64,000 nt of DNA from Candidatus Iainarchaeum sp. (GTDB taxonomy: Archaea > Micrarchaeota > Micrarchaeia > Anstonellales > Bilamarchaeaceae): the NCBI GenBank assembly GCA_028714535.1, contig JAQTME010000004.1, forward strand, positions 7,319 to 71,318, written 5' to 3'. Made by a program: the position numbers and the translations under genes. The number at the start of each line of letters is the position of its first letter. Position 1 is the stretch's first letter. A model generated the notes under the pieces. The model was given only the letters and a program-made list of their open reading frames with translations, was not told where the DNA came from and searched no databases. Below are positions 9,945-18,201 of the stretch, piece after piece.

Positions 9945-11186
9945 GTGAATATGAGGATGAAATTCAAGGACTTGAGCATCAGCGCCAGGACAATCGCTGC
10001 GCTTGAAGAGATGGGCTATTCTGACGCCACAGAGGTCCAGGAGAAGACGATCCCCCTGATATTGCAGGGCGAGGACCTCATGGTCCGCAGCCAGACCGGC
10101 ACAGGCAAGACGGCCGCCTTCGGGGTCGGCCTGATAGACGTCATATCCAGGGACAGGGGCAGGAAGGCCCTCATACTCGCCCCCACGCGGGAGCTGGCCG
10201 CCCAGATAACCAGCGAGCTGCGTTCCATAGCGAAGCACCACCGCCTGGAGATATTCGCGGTATACGGTGGCACGGGCATGGGCAGGCAGACCGTGCTCCT
10301 CAGGCGCGGATTCGACATCCTCGTCGCGACGCCTGGCCGCCTGCTCGACCACCTGCAGCAGGGCAATGCGCGGCTGGAATCAGTGAACTGCGTCGTCCTT
10401 GACGAGGCAGACCGCATGCTCGACATGGGCTTCAAGCCGGACATAGACCGGATACTGGGGAGGATAGGCCGGGACAGGCAGGTGCTGCTTTTTTCCGCCA
10501 CGTTCGACCCGCCCATAGTCGCCATCGCCAACAGCTACCTTTCCTCGCCGCAGTCCATAGAGGTCGGCCCTGTGGGCAAGGTTGAGAAGATAGACGAGGA
10601 GTTCATACGGCTGAGCAGGGCGCAGAAGCTCGACAAGCTCAAGGAGATACTCAAGCGCGAGCCGATGTCACGGACGCTCGTCTTCGTCGGCTCCAAAAGG
10701 GCCGTGGAGGGCGTCTGCAAGAAGCTGAACGCGGACGGCATCGACGCCCAGTTCATCCACGGGGGCAGGAGCCAGAACCAAAGGGAGCGCGCGGTGCGCG
10801 GCTTCCAGGAGGGCTCATTCAGGATACTAGTCGCCACCGACGTCGCGGCGCGCGGCCTCCACATAGACGACATCTCCCACGTCATCAACTACGACCAGGC
10901 GGATTCCACAGACATGCACACGCACCGCATCGGCAGGACCGGCCGCATGGGCAAGGGCGGGAAGGCCATCACGTTCGTGGAGACCGACCCGCTGCCGAAA
11001 GTCCAGAGGGGCAGGTTCAACCGCGGCGGCTTCGGCCATCAGCAGGGCGGATACGGGCGGCCTTCGCATGAGGGCCACGCCCAGCACGGGCGCGATCACG
11101 AATCTTCCGGGCAGCACGGCGCGCATTCATCCTCGGGCTACAGGAACCGGCCGAGGGACCGCAGGCACCGCGAGCAGCGCCGTTAG
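9945..11186 (+). CDS. DEAD-box RNA helicase (RhlE/DeaD-like)
   Basis: Q motif, SQTGTGKT, PTRELA, TPGRL, DEAD, SAT, ARGLHI, HRIGRTGR; basic Gly/Arg tail. Confidence 0.95.
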   Translation: MNMRMKFKDLSISARTIAALEEMGYSDATEVQEKTIPLILQGEDLMVRSQTGTGKTAAFGVGLIDVISRDRGRKALILAPTRELAAQITSELRSIAKHHRLEIFAVYGGTGMGRQTVLLRRGFDILVATPGRLLDHLQQGNARLESVNCVVLDEADRMLDMGFKPDIDRILGRIGRDRQVLLFSATFDPPIVAIANSYLSSPQSIEVGPVGKVEKIDEEFIRLSRAQKLDKLKEILKREPMSRTLVFVGSKRAVEGVCKKLNADGIDAQFIHGGRSQNQRERAVRGFQEGSFRILVATDVAARGLHIDDISHVINYDQADSTDMHTHRIGRTGRMGKGGKAITFVETDPLPKVQRGRFNRGGFGHQQGGYGRPSHEGHAQHGRDHESSGQHGAHSSSGYRNRPRDRRHREQRR

Positions 11187-12232
11187 GCCGCCCACAGGAA
11201 TCTTCCGGCCAACAGGCCGGCTATGACTGTAAATGCGAATATCAGCAGGACGTACACGAGCGTTTCCCTGTTGCCCATTATCTTCCTGACGACGAGGATG
11301 CTCGGAAGGGAGATGACCGGGTCGGCAAGCATGTATGCAAGGAGCGGGCCCTTCGCCATGCCCAAATCCAGGAACATCCTCGCCATGGGGACCTCCACGA
11401 GCGTTGGGAAGTATACGAATATGCCGAACAGGACCGGAATCACCACGGCCAGCAGGGAGTTGTCCCCGACATACGCAGGAATCAGGTCCGGCGGCATGAC
11501 CGCGCGTATCATCCCTGATGCAAAAACGCCGATGATGAGCAGCGGGGCGATGGTCCTGGCAAATCCCCATGTCTCATACATCCAGCTGCTTACTTCTTCC
11601 TTTGTGAACTGGCGGGACGAAATCCACCAGGTAAGAACTATCAGTCCTATCACTAGGGGATATTTTACCGAATCCTCGCTGATTCTCGTGCCGACCAGCA
11701 GGATGCCGATGAGGGCGCCGAAGAGGTAGATTAATCTCCTGGTATCAGCGCCATCAGCGTGTTTCATGAACGCATCCGTCTCTGCCTTCTTCTCATCATG
11801 GTCGGTCATTTTCGAGATTATGAAGCCTATGATGACAGCGAAAGCTATGGAGAAGATTATCCTCGCAAGGGCGAAATCCCATCCTATGAGGCTGCCCGTG
11901 TAGAGGATGGCCATGATGTTCGTGGCCGGGGCCGTGTAAAGGAAGGCGATGGCAGGGCCGATGCCCGCCCCGCCTTTCCGTATGCCGGCGAAAAGGGGCA
12001 GGACGGTGCAGGAACAGACGGCCAGGAGGAGCCCGGCAACGACCGCGATGGGATAGGCGACGTGCTTCGGCGACTCCTTCCCGAGGTAGGGGAGGAGCAT
12101 GGCCTTTGGAATCAGGGCTGACATGGCGCCAGCGATGAAAAAAGCAGGCACAAGGCAGAACAGCGTATGCGCCAATACGTAGTCGTATATGGCCGCAAGG
12201 CCGGCCAGAAGCAAAACCGAAACGTCCATCAT
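11183..12232 (-). CDS. ArsP-like (DUF318) permease
   Basis: Polytopic membrane protein with VCSCTVLPLF and FLYTAPATN motifs; in ars-type operon. Confidence 0.85.
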   Translation of the reverse strand: MMDVSVLLLAGLAAIYDYVLAHTLFCLVPAFFIAGAMSALIPKAMLLPYLGKESPKHVAYPIAVVAGLLLAVCSCTVLPLFAGIRKGGAGIGPAIAFLYTAPATNIMAILYTGSLIGWDFALARIIFSIAFAVIIGFIISKMTDHDEKKAETDAFMKHADGADTRRLIYLFGALIGILLVGTRISEDSVKYPLVIGLIVLTWWISSRQFTKEEVSSWMYETWGFARTIAPLLIIGVFASGMIRAVMPPDLIPAYVGDNSLLAVVIPVLFGIFVYFPTLVEVPMARMFLDLGMAKGPLLAYMLADPVISLPSILVVRKIMGNRETLVYVLLIFAFTVIAGLLAGRFLWAA

Positions 12233-12471
12233 ACCGCCTTGCTTCTGATGAGGCTGACGAGGTACTCCATGGTCGGGAGCATCCCGCTTAGGATCACTTT
12301 CCCGTCAAGTATGAGCGCAGGCGTGGAAACGATGCCCATCTCTATCAGGCGGCTGACGTCGTATGTGTGCTCCACTTCCGCCTTGAGGCCAAGCATCGAT
12401 ATGGCCTCCCTGACCCGTTTTTCCAGTTCGTTGCATTTGCGGCATCCGTTGCCTACGACTTCGAATTTCAT
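12229..12471 (-). CDS. Small redox-active disulfide (thioredoxin-like) protein
   Basis: MKFEVVGNGCRKC...STPALILDG; start reassigned to ATG 12471. Confidence 0.85.
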   Translation of the reverse strand: MKFEVVGNGCRKCNELEKRVREAISMLGLKAEVEHTYDVSRLIEMGIVSTPALILDGKVILSGMLPTMEYLVSLIRSKAV

Positions 12472-12472
12472 G

Positions 12473-12721
12473 TTACCACGTGCTTGCCTGGGCGAACGCC
12501 TTTTTTCCCAACGGCGAGAGCGAGTACAGGCGTTTCGCCCCGTCCTTGCGCATGCCCACAAGGCCTGCCCGGTGGAGGATTTTGAGATGCGACGAAACGG
12601 TCGGCTGCGTCTTCCTCACCAAACCGGGCAGGACACAGGCGCACAGCTCGCGCCTGCCGAGGGCCCTCATGAGGGAAACCCTCGTCCGGTCAGCAAGCGC
12701 CTTCAAAATATCGACGTTCAT
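12473..12721 (-). CDS. ArsR/SmtB family transcriptional regulator
   Basis: LKALADRTR, ELCAC metal box, QPTVSSHLKIL helix-turn-helix. Confidence 0.9.
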   Translation of the reverse strand: MNVDILKALADRTRVSLMRALGRRELCACVLPGLVRKTQPTVSSHLKILHRAGLVGMRKDGAKRLYSLSPLGKKAFAQASTW

Positions 12722-12828
12722 AAATATTTATCTGCATCTATATATTTAATCCTTGCCATCTCCTGCGACAATTCCAAAAAGACAAGGAGCTTGCATTTTT
12801 TCGCGCAGCGAAAAAATTAGCAAGAAAA

Positions 12829-12912
12829 TGCAGAGGAAGAGATTCGAACTCTCGAACGGACTAACCGACCAGGCCCTGAACCTGGCGCCTTTGACCACTC
12901 GGCAACCTCTGC
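12829..12912 (-). tRNA. tRNA-Leu(CAG), no intron
   Basis: GCAGAGG/CCTCTGC acceptor, D-arm GCCGAGTGGTCAAAGGC, CCAGG-TTCAGGG-CCTGG anticodon arm, long variable arm, GTTCGAAT. Confidence 0.95.
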
Positions 12913-12967
12913 GAACGAACGTGAGCTGAGGTTTGACGGTCGGAATGCCGACCGGCTACACCTCTGC
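12913..12967 (-). repeat. 55-nt structured leader unit duplicating the tRNA-Leu 5' end
   Basis: GCAGAGGT at 12967-12960 repeats the tRNA start 12912-12905; hairpin 12937-12954; inverted copy ACCTCAGC 12932-12925. Confidence 0.75.
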
Positions 12968-13035
12968 ATGAAAATTTCCTGCAGTTTGACTAGGATAAAT
13001 TTTCAATCAAACTTCATGAGGTAGTTCTTAAATTA

Positions 13036-14325
13036 CTATTCCTCGAGTTTCCCGAATTCTATCGGCTGCCTGGTGAAGACGCTGGTGCCCGAGGGCACGT
13101 TGCGGTTCACGACGACGCCTGAATGGACCTGGCAGTCCGCGCCGATGCTCTTGCCGGGCATGGTGCAGGACAGCACGCCGAATTTCGTGTTGTCTCCGAC
13201 GAACACACCGAGCTTCTTCCTGCCGGAGTTCACCCAGCCCTTCTCGGTCATCACGAGCACGTTGTTGCCGTCGAACCTGTAGTTAGCGACCTGGGTCCCA
13301 GCGCCGAAATTCACCCCTTCCCCGATCACGCTGTCGCCGATGTACGAAAGGTGCTTCGCGTTGACATGGCCGAGCAGTATGCTGCTTTTTACCGTCGTCC
13401 CGCTCCCTATGGAGCAGTTCCTGCCTATGGAGTTGAAGCCGCGGAGGTAGGCGTTCGGGCCGATGACCGTGCCTGCGCCGATGTACGCGCACCCCTCCAC
13501 GTAGCTGTTGATTATCTTCGCGCCGTCCTCCATGATGACCTTGCCGTTTATCGTGGAGTTCTCTATGTCGCCTTCGGCGGTCCGAAGGCGAGCATGCTCG
13601 CGGTCCGCGGACCGCGACATCACTCCTGTGCGCGCCTCCATGGTGGAGAGCACGTGCTCGTTGGCCTCGAGCAGGTCCCAGGGGTATGCGATGTCGCGCC
13701 AATACCCGTCGACAACGACGCCCTTGGCGCCAGTGAAAAGGCTGACCAGCTCGTACTCGCCCCGTTCCGATTTGCCGAGCGACTTCAGTTCGCCGAAAAT
13801 GGTCGGCTCCATGCAATAGACCGAGAGGTTGGCCAGGTCGCTCTTCGGGTGCTTGGGCTTCTCCTCGAAAAGGCTCACTTTCCCGCCCGACAGCTCCACC
13901 ACCCCGTATTCGTGCGGGTTGGCGACCTTCTTCAATGCGAGCGTGATGCCGCCGCCGTGCGCGGCGATGACCTTCTTTATGACGGACGAGTCGGTCACGA
14001 TGTCGCCTGCGAGAGCCACGAACGTGTCGCCTATCTCGTCCCTGGCCGCGAGCAGCGCCGCGCCGGTGCCGTTCTCGGCCCCCTGTTCCACGAACTTCAG
14101 CTTCACGCCCACGTAGTTTTTTGAGAAATATTCTATCATCTTCTCCTTCATGTGGCGGACCACTATCACAGCGTCGGTGATGCCCGCCTTCCTGGCCTCG
14201 TCGAGCAGGTGGTGCAGTATGGGCCGGCCTGCCACCGGGAGCATCGCCTTCGGCCTCGTCTCGGTCAGCGGCCTGAGCCGCTTGCCCTCGCCGGCCGCCA
14301 ATATCACCGCTTTCATGACCATCAT
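13036..14325 (-). CDS. glmU: Bifunctional sugar-1-phosphate nucleotidyltransferase/acetyltransferase (archaeal GlmU-like)
   Basis: ILAAGEGKRLRPLT..PK motif, EEKP, hexapeptide repeats, HLSYIGDS, SGRKKLG. Confidence 0.9.
   Translation of the reverse strand: MMVMKAVILAAGEGKRLRPLTETRPKAMLPVAGRPILHHLLDEARKAGITDAVIVVRHMKEKMIEYFSKNYVGVKLKFVEQGAENGTGAALLAARDEIGDTFVALAGDIVTDSSVIKKVIAAHGGGITLALKKVANPHEYGVVELSGGKVSLFEEKPKHPKSDLANLSVYCMEPTIFGELKSLGKSERGEYELVSLFTGAKGVVVDGYWRDIAYPWDLLEANEHVLSTMEARTGVMSRSADREHARLRTAEGDIENSTINGKVIMEDGAKIINSYVEGCAYIGAGTVIGPNAYLRGFNSIGRNCSIGSGTTVKSSILLGHVNAKHLSYIGDSVIGEGVNFGAGTQVANYRFDGNNVLVMTEKGWVNSGRKKLGVFVGDNTKFGVLSCTMPGKSIGADCQVHSGVVVNRNVPSGTSVFTRQPIEFGKLEE
13565..13626. 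repeat. Cluster of palindromes forming an apparent in-frame insertion in glmU
   Basis: GCCTTCGG-CGGT-CCGAAGGC (13570-13589), perfect 14-bp palindrome (13588-13601), perfect 20-bp palindrome (13598-13617), ATGTCGC/GCGACAT inverted flanks. Confidence 0.7.
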
Positions 14326-14566
14326 TCCCAGCCGACGTTTTTAAAATAATGCCAGTTCAACCGGTTAAAGAGCATAATGTTTTATAAATTATAACATACA
14401 TATATTACCACTATGCTCTACACGAAAACATTGGCGCACCGGAATGGCGCCGCCGAAAGGCCGCAAATCAGGAAGAAACTCTGCTATCTGAACGCCGCCG
14501 CGCCCGCTTCGCCTGAGCGTAAGCCCCGAGGCTAAGATTTTTTAACAAGCCCGTCTACTATATTAT

Positions 14567-15607
14567 ATGCTTGACAAGAAAAAGATAGACGGCTTATTAT
14601 CTGATTACAAAGGATTCAGGATAGCGACCATCTGCTCCCACTCCTCGCTCCAGATATTCAGGGGCGCGCGCGAGGAGGGCATAAAGACCATCGGCATCGT
14701 CCAGAAGGACAAGCGCAAGCTGTACGAGTCGTTCCCCCGCGGCTGCCCGGACGAATTCCTGGAAGTCGACAGCTATGCAGACGTCCCGTGGAAGGAGCTC
14801 GCCGCGAGGAACGCGATAATAATCCCGCACGGCTCGTTCGTGGAATACGTCGGAGAGGAGTTCGACGACCTGCCCCTCCCGGTCTATGGCAACCGCAGGA
14901 GCATAAGCTGGGAACGGGAAAGGGACAAGATGCTCTCCTGGATAAGGAAGGCAGGCATAAAGACCCCGAAGATATACACTCCGGACAAGATAGACAGCCC
15001 GGTGATGGTGAAATTCCCAGGGGCCAAGGGCGGTCGCGGCTACCTCATCGTCCGCTCAGAGGAGGAGTTCAGGCAGAAGGTCAAGAATCAGGAATGCGTC
15101 ATACAGGAGTTCATCATAGGCGTGCGCGCCTACCCGCACTATTTCTTCAGCCCCTTCAGGGACAAGGGATATGCGACGAAGCACGGCGAGCTGCAGCTCC
15201 TGGGCGTGGACCGGCGCGTGGAGAGCAGCGCCGACGAGATAGCCCGCGCGGTGTCCATAGGCATGAAGCCGCGCATGGCGTTCACCGTCATAGGCAACGA
15301 GCCCATGGTGCTCCGCGAGTCGCTCCTCTACGAGTACATGGAGATCGGCAGGAAGATAAGCGAGACCTCGTTCGACCTTTTCGGCGGCCTGACCGGGCCG
15401 TTCTGCGTGGAGACCATAATCACAGAGGAGCTCGAGATATACGCCTTCGAGGTCAGCGCGCGCATAGTCGCGGGCACCAACCTGTACCCGGACGGCTCGC
15501 CCTATTCCGTATATTACTATAACGAGCCAATGAGCACGGGCCGCAGGATAGCGCGCGAGCTCAAGCACGCCGCCAAGCTGGGCAAGCTCAAGGAGATCGT
15601 GTATTGA
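14567..15607 (+). CDS. purP: 5-formaminoimidazole-4-carboxamide ribonucleotide synthetase (ATP-grasp)
   Basis: IATICSHSSLQI, IPHGSFVEY, GAKGGRGY, LRESLL, EVSARIVAGTN, MSTGRRIARE. Confidence 0.92.
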   Translation: MLDKKKIDGLLSDYKGFRIATICSHSSLQIFRGAREEGIKTIGIVQKDKRKLYESFPRGCPDEFLEVDSYADVPWKELAARNAIIIPHGSFVEYVGEEFDDLPLPVYGNRRSISWERERDKMLSWIRKAGIKTPKIYTPDKIDSPVMVKFPGAKGGRGYLIVRSEEEFRQKVKNQECVIQEFIIGVRAYPHYFFSPFRDKGYATKHGELQLLGVDRRVESSADEIARAVSIGMKPRMAFTVIGNEPMVLRESLLYEYMEIGRKISETSFDLFGGLTGPFCVETIITEELEIYAFEVSARIVAGTNLYPDGSPYSVYYYNEPMSTGRRIARELKHAAKLGKLKEIVY

Positions 15608-15608
15608 C

Positions 15609-16301
15609 ATGGAAAAGGACCATGTGCCGAAGCATATCGCAATAATACCTGACGGCAACCGCCGTTGGGCGAGGAAGAAGGGCATCAGCAGGCAGGAGGG
15701 CTACGCCATAGGCATCCGGAAGATAGGCGACGTGCTGAAATGGTGCAAGGCTAACGGCGTCCACATGCTCACCATGTGGGGCTTCTCCATGGACAACTTC
15801 AAGCGCGACCCAAAGGAGATAGAAGGGCTGTTCGGGCTCTTCAAGGAGAACCTGAAGAAGGCGATAGAGAGCGACGACCGTAACAAGGACGAGCTGCGCG
15901 TGCGCTTCTTCGGCAGGCTGCACATGTTCCCGAGGGAAATACAGCAGATGATACGCAAGGCCGAGGAGGTCAGCGGGAAGAACCAGAAATACCAGCTCAA
16001 CCTCCTGCTCTCCTACGGCGGCAGGGAAGAAATCGTGGACGCGGTCAACCACCTGATAGCCGAGGGCAGGACCGAGGTGGACGAGGACGCCATAAGCCGC
16101 CACCTCTATACGCACGGTCTCCCCGACCCGGACCTGATAATACGGACGTCGGGCGAGCAGAGGCTCTCGGGCATGATGCCGTGGCAGTCATGCTACAGCG
16201 AGTTCTATTTCTGCAAAAAGCTCTGGCCAGACTTCTCGAAAAATGATTTCGACGCCGCGCTGAAGGAATACGCAAGGCGCAGGAGGCGCTTCGGGAAATG
16301 A
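15609..16301 (+). CDS. uppS: cis-prenyltransferase (undecaprenyl diphosphate synthase family)
   Basis: PKHIAIIPDGNRRWA, YGGREEI, DLIIRTSGEQRLS. Confidence 0.95.
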   Translation: MEKDHVPKHIAIIPDGNRRWARKKGISRQEGYAIGIRKIGDVLKWCKANGVHMLTMWGFSMDNFKRDPKEIEGLFGLFKENLKKAIESDDRNKDELRVRFFGRLHMFPREIQQMIRKAEEVSGKNQKYQLNLLLSYGGREEIVDAVNHLIAEGRTEVDEDAISRHLYTHGLPDPDLIIRTSGEQRLSGMMPWQSCYSEFYFCKKLWPDFSKNDFDAALKEYARRRRRFGK

Positions 16302-16894
16302 AAAAGGCGGTTTCGGCAGCAATCCTCGCAGGCGCGCTGCTGCTTGTGCTGCTGCTCGTGGCATTCTTCTGGCCGAAGGCGGGCAGCCGGTGGGATGACG
16401 GCTTCACCGCGTCAATGGCAGGCAAGTCCTATTACGAAAATTTCGACTGCACCTGCATCGGCTTCGCCGCGCCGCAGATGAACTGCCTGTCCTGCACGCA
16501 ATACACGGATTGCTACGGAATCCCGGTGTCGTGCACGTCGGCATGCAGAAAAGAGATAAACGGGACATGGGAGGACGTCTCCTGCAGCGCCGGCACCGCT
16601 TACCCGAGGGGCAAGGAATCGTGCGAGGCGCAGGGAGGGCGCTGGGGGCCCATAGGGCTCTCCCCGGAGCCCGTGTGCGTCATGCCGACGAAGGACGCAG
16701 GCAAACTATGCTGGGACTCCAGCCAGTGCGAGGGCGCCTGCGTGGCTGACCTGGCGCAATGGCAGTATGACCTGCTGGTGAAGGCCCACACGCCCATACT
16801 GACGGCCGGCACCTGCACGGCGTCCAACGCCGGCGTGGGCTGCAACGCCTACGTGGAAAACGGAGTGGTCAACGGCATCCTCTGCGTCGACTGA
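16298..16894 (+). CDS. Membrane-anchored Cys-rich extracellular protein
   Basis: N-terminal hydrophobic helix; many Cys; SCEAQGGRW...C..PTKDAGK.C.DSSQCEG.C module. Confidence 0.7.
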   Translation: MKKAVSAAILAGALLLVLLLVAFFWPKAGSRWDDGFTASMAGKSYYENFDCTCIGFAAPQMNCLSCTQYTDCYGIPVSCTSACRKEINGTWEDVSCSAGTAYPRGKESCEAQGGRWGPIGLSPEPVCVMPTKDAGKLCWDSSQCEGACVADLAQWQYDLLVKAHTPILTAGTCTASNAGVGCNAYVENGVVNGILCVD

Positions 16895-16965
16895 TGGCGA
16901 AGGCGCCGGGCGCAGAAGGCGCTTCGGCAAATGATTGCGGCGAAGGGCGCAACGCCTGCCTAACC

Positions 16966-16972
16966 TTTTAAA
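16966..16972 (+). promoter_or_regulatory. Putative TATA box for the tRNA-Trp transcript
   Basis: TTTTAAA in an AT-rich patch upstream of the repeat units and the tRNA. Confidence 0.45.
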
Positions 16973-17024
16973 CCTCGTCGCGTAAAAAGAATATCCCTTC
17001 GTCCGAGTGGTCGAAGTTTGTTAC

Positions 17025-17124
17025 GGGGTTATCAATTTGGCCTTCGGCCAAATCTAACCCCTGTGTTCATGGGGTTATGCGCTTGGCCTTTTCGGTCAAG
17101 TTCAACCCCATTCGCTACGCTCAT
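17025..17124 (+). repeat. Two tandem structured leader units (46 and 54 nt) duplicating the tRNA-Trp 5' end
   Basis: GGGGTTAT at 17025, 17071 and 17125; the first two are each followed by a TTGGCC hairpin and an inverted copy (TAACCCC 17055-17061; AACCCCAT 17104-17111). Confidence 0.8.
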
Positions 17125-17255
17125 GGGGTTATGGCGTAATGTTGCAATGTCAACGCGCAGCCTGGTAGCGCGGCAGTCTCCAGATCTCTCCCGGCACGCG
17201 CCGGGAATTGTAGCCGCGAAAACTGCATGTCGGAGTTCAAATCTCCGTGACCCCA
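17125..17255 (+). tRNA. tRNA-Trp(CCA) with two introns (15/16: 17140-17160; 37/38: 17184-17220)
   Basis: GGGGTTA/TGACCCC acceptor; GCAGT-CTCCAG..A-ACTGC; CGGAG-TTCAAAT-CTCCG; D-loop intron has BHB GCGU/GCGC with AAU/AGC bulges. Confidence 0.88.
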
Positions 17256-17322
17256 ATTTGTTTTGCTAATTTTCGCTTGCGCGAAAATCGCAAAACCACT
17301 ATAAATAGGCAAAAGAAAAAAC

Positions 17323-18183
17323 GTGATTGACATGAAAAACTGGATTGTGCTCATACTGGCGACATTGCTGCTGTTCGGATGCGTAAACCCGCCGCAGCCG
17401 CCTGCGAACGTGACGGGCCCGCCGCCGGTCATGAATAACGCCACCCCCGCAGCCAATGCCACGCTTAAGCCGATCCCCGCAGACTCCAGCGTGGACGTCG
17501 GCGACACGGTCTGGGCCGACTACACGCTGCGCGTGGACGGCAAGGTCACAGACACGAGCAACGCCACGCTGGCGAACGAGTCGGGCATATACAGCAGGAT
17601 GCGCGCCTACGAGCCGTTCGAGTTCGAGGTCCAGTTCAACAAGGGCCTCATAGACGGCTTCATCATCGGCGTCATAGGTATGAGGGTGAACGAGACGCAG
17701 ACCTTCTACGTCGACCCTGCAAGGGGCTACGGCCCGTACGACCCGGCAAAGGTCATCAAGGTGCAGCGCTACTATAATACGAGCCTCTACGAAACGATTC
17801 CGGCCTCCTACTTCATCCAGCAGGGAATCACCAACCTCACCACCGGGACGACATTCTCCACCTCCAGCGGCATCATGACCTCGGTGTTCAACATCAGCGG
17901 GGACAACGTCACGCTTTTCTACATCCTGCAGAAGGGGCAGAAGGTGAGCTATGCCGGCGTGCCGGCGACGGTGCTGTCGGTACACAACTATACCGCGGTG
18001 CTTGAATACGACCTCCAGGAAAACATGACCTACTCGCTCCCGAACCCAAGCACCGGCGTGCCGACCCGCTACACGGTCATCGGCAAGGACAACGACTCCA
18101 TAACCCTGGACGGCAACCACCAGCTGGCCAACAAGACGCTCGAATTCACGGTTACGGTCGTGAGGGCCGAGCGCCCATCGTGA
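17323..18183 (+). CDS. FKBP-type peptidyl-prolyl isomerase with lipoprotein signal (ATG start probably 17332)
   Basis: LLLFGC lipobox-like motif; GDTVWADYTLRVDGKVTDTS, VDPARGYG, DGNHQLANKTLEF of SlyD-like FKBPs. Confidence 0.85.
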   Translation: MIDMKNWIVLILATLLLFGCVNPPQPPANVTGPPPVMNNATPAANATLKPIPADSSVDVGDTVWADYTLRVDGKVTDTSNATLANESGIYSRMRAYEPFEFEVQFNKGLIDGFIIGVIGMRVNETQTFYVDPARGYGPYDPAKVIKVQRYYNTSLYETIPASYFIQQGITNLTTGTTFSTSSGIMTSVFNISGDNVTLFYILQKGQKVSYAGVPATVLSVHNYTAVLEYDLQENMTYSLPNPSTGVPTRYTVIGKDNDSITLDGNHQLANKTLEFTVTVVRAERPS

Positions 18184-18201
18184 CCTGGAACGGTTTTTGA
18201 C

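Noticed and set aside
12913-12967. BHB intron within the tRNA-Leu acceptor region
   Set aside because: No BHB placement regenerates a correct tRNA, and the inner copy already gives an intact gene
17001-17016. GTCCGAGTGGTCGAAG resembling a tRNA D-arm (split or permuted tRNA piece)
   Set aside because: No matching acceptor strand, anticodon arm or complementary leader found; simply forms a CTTCG/CGAAG hairpin
17025-17133. CRISPR array
   Set aside because: Repeats are only 8-13 nt, equal the tRNA 5' end, the spacers are related hairpins, and no cas genes are present
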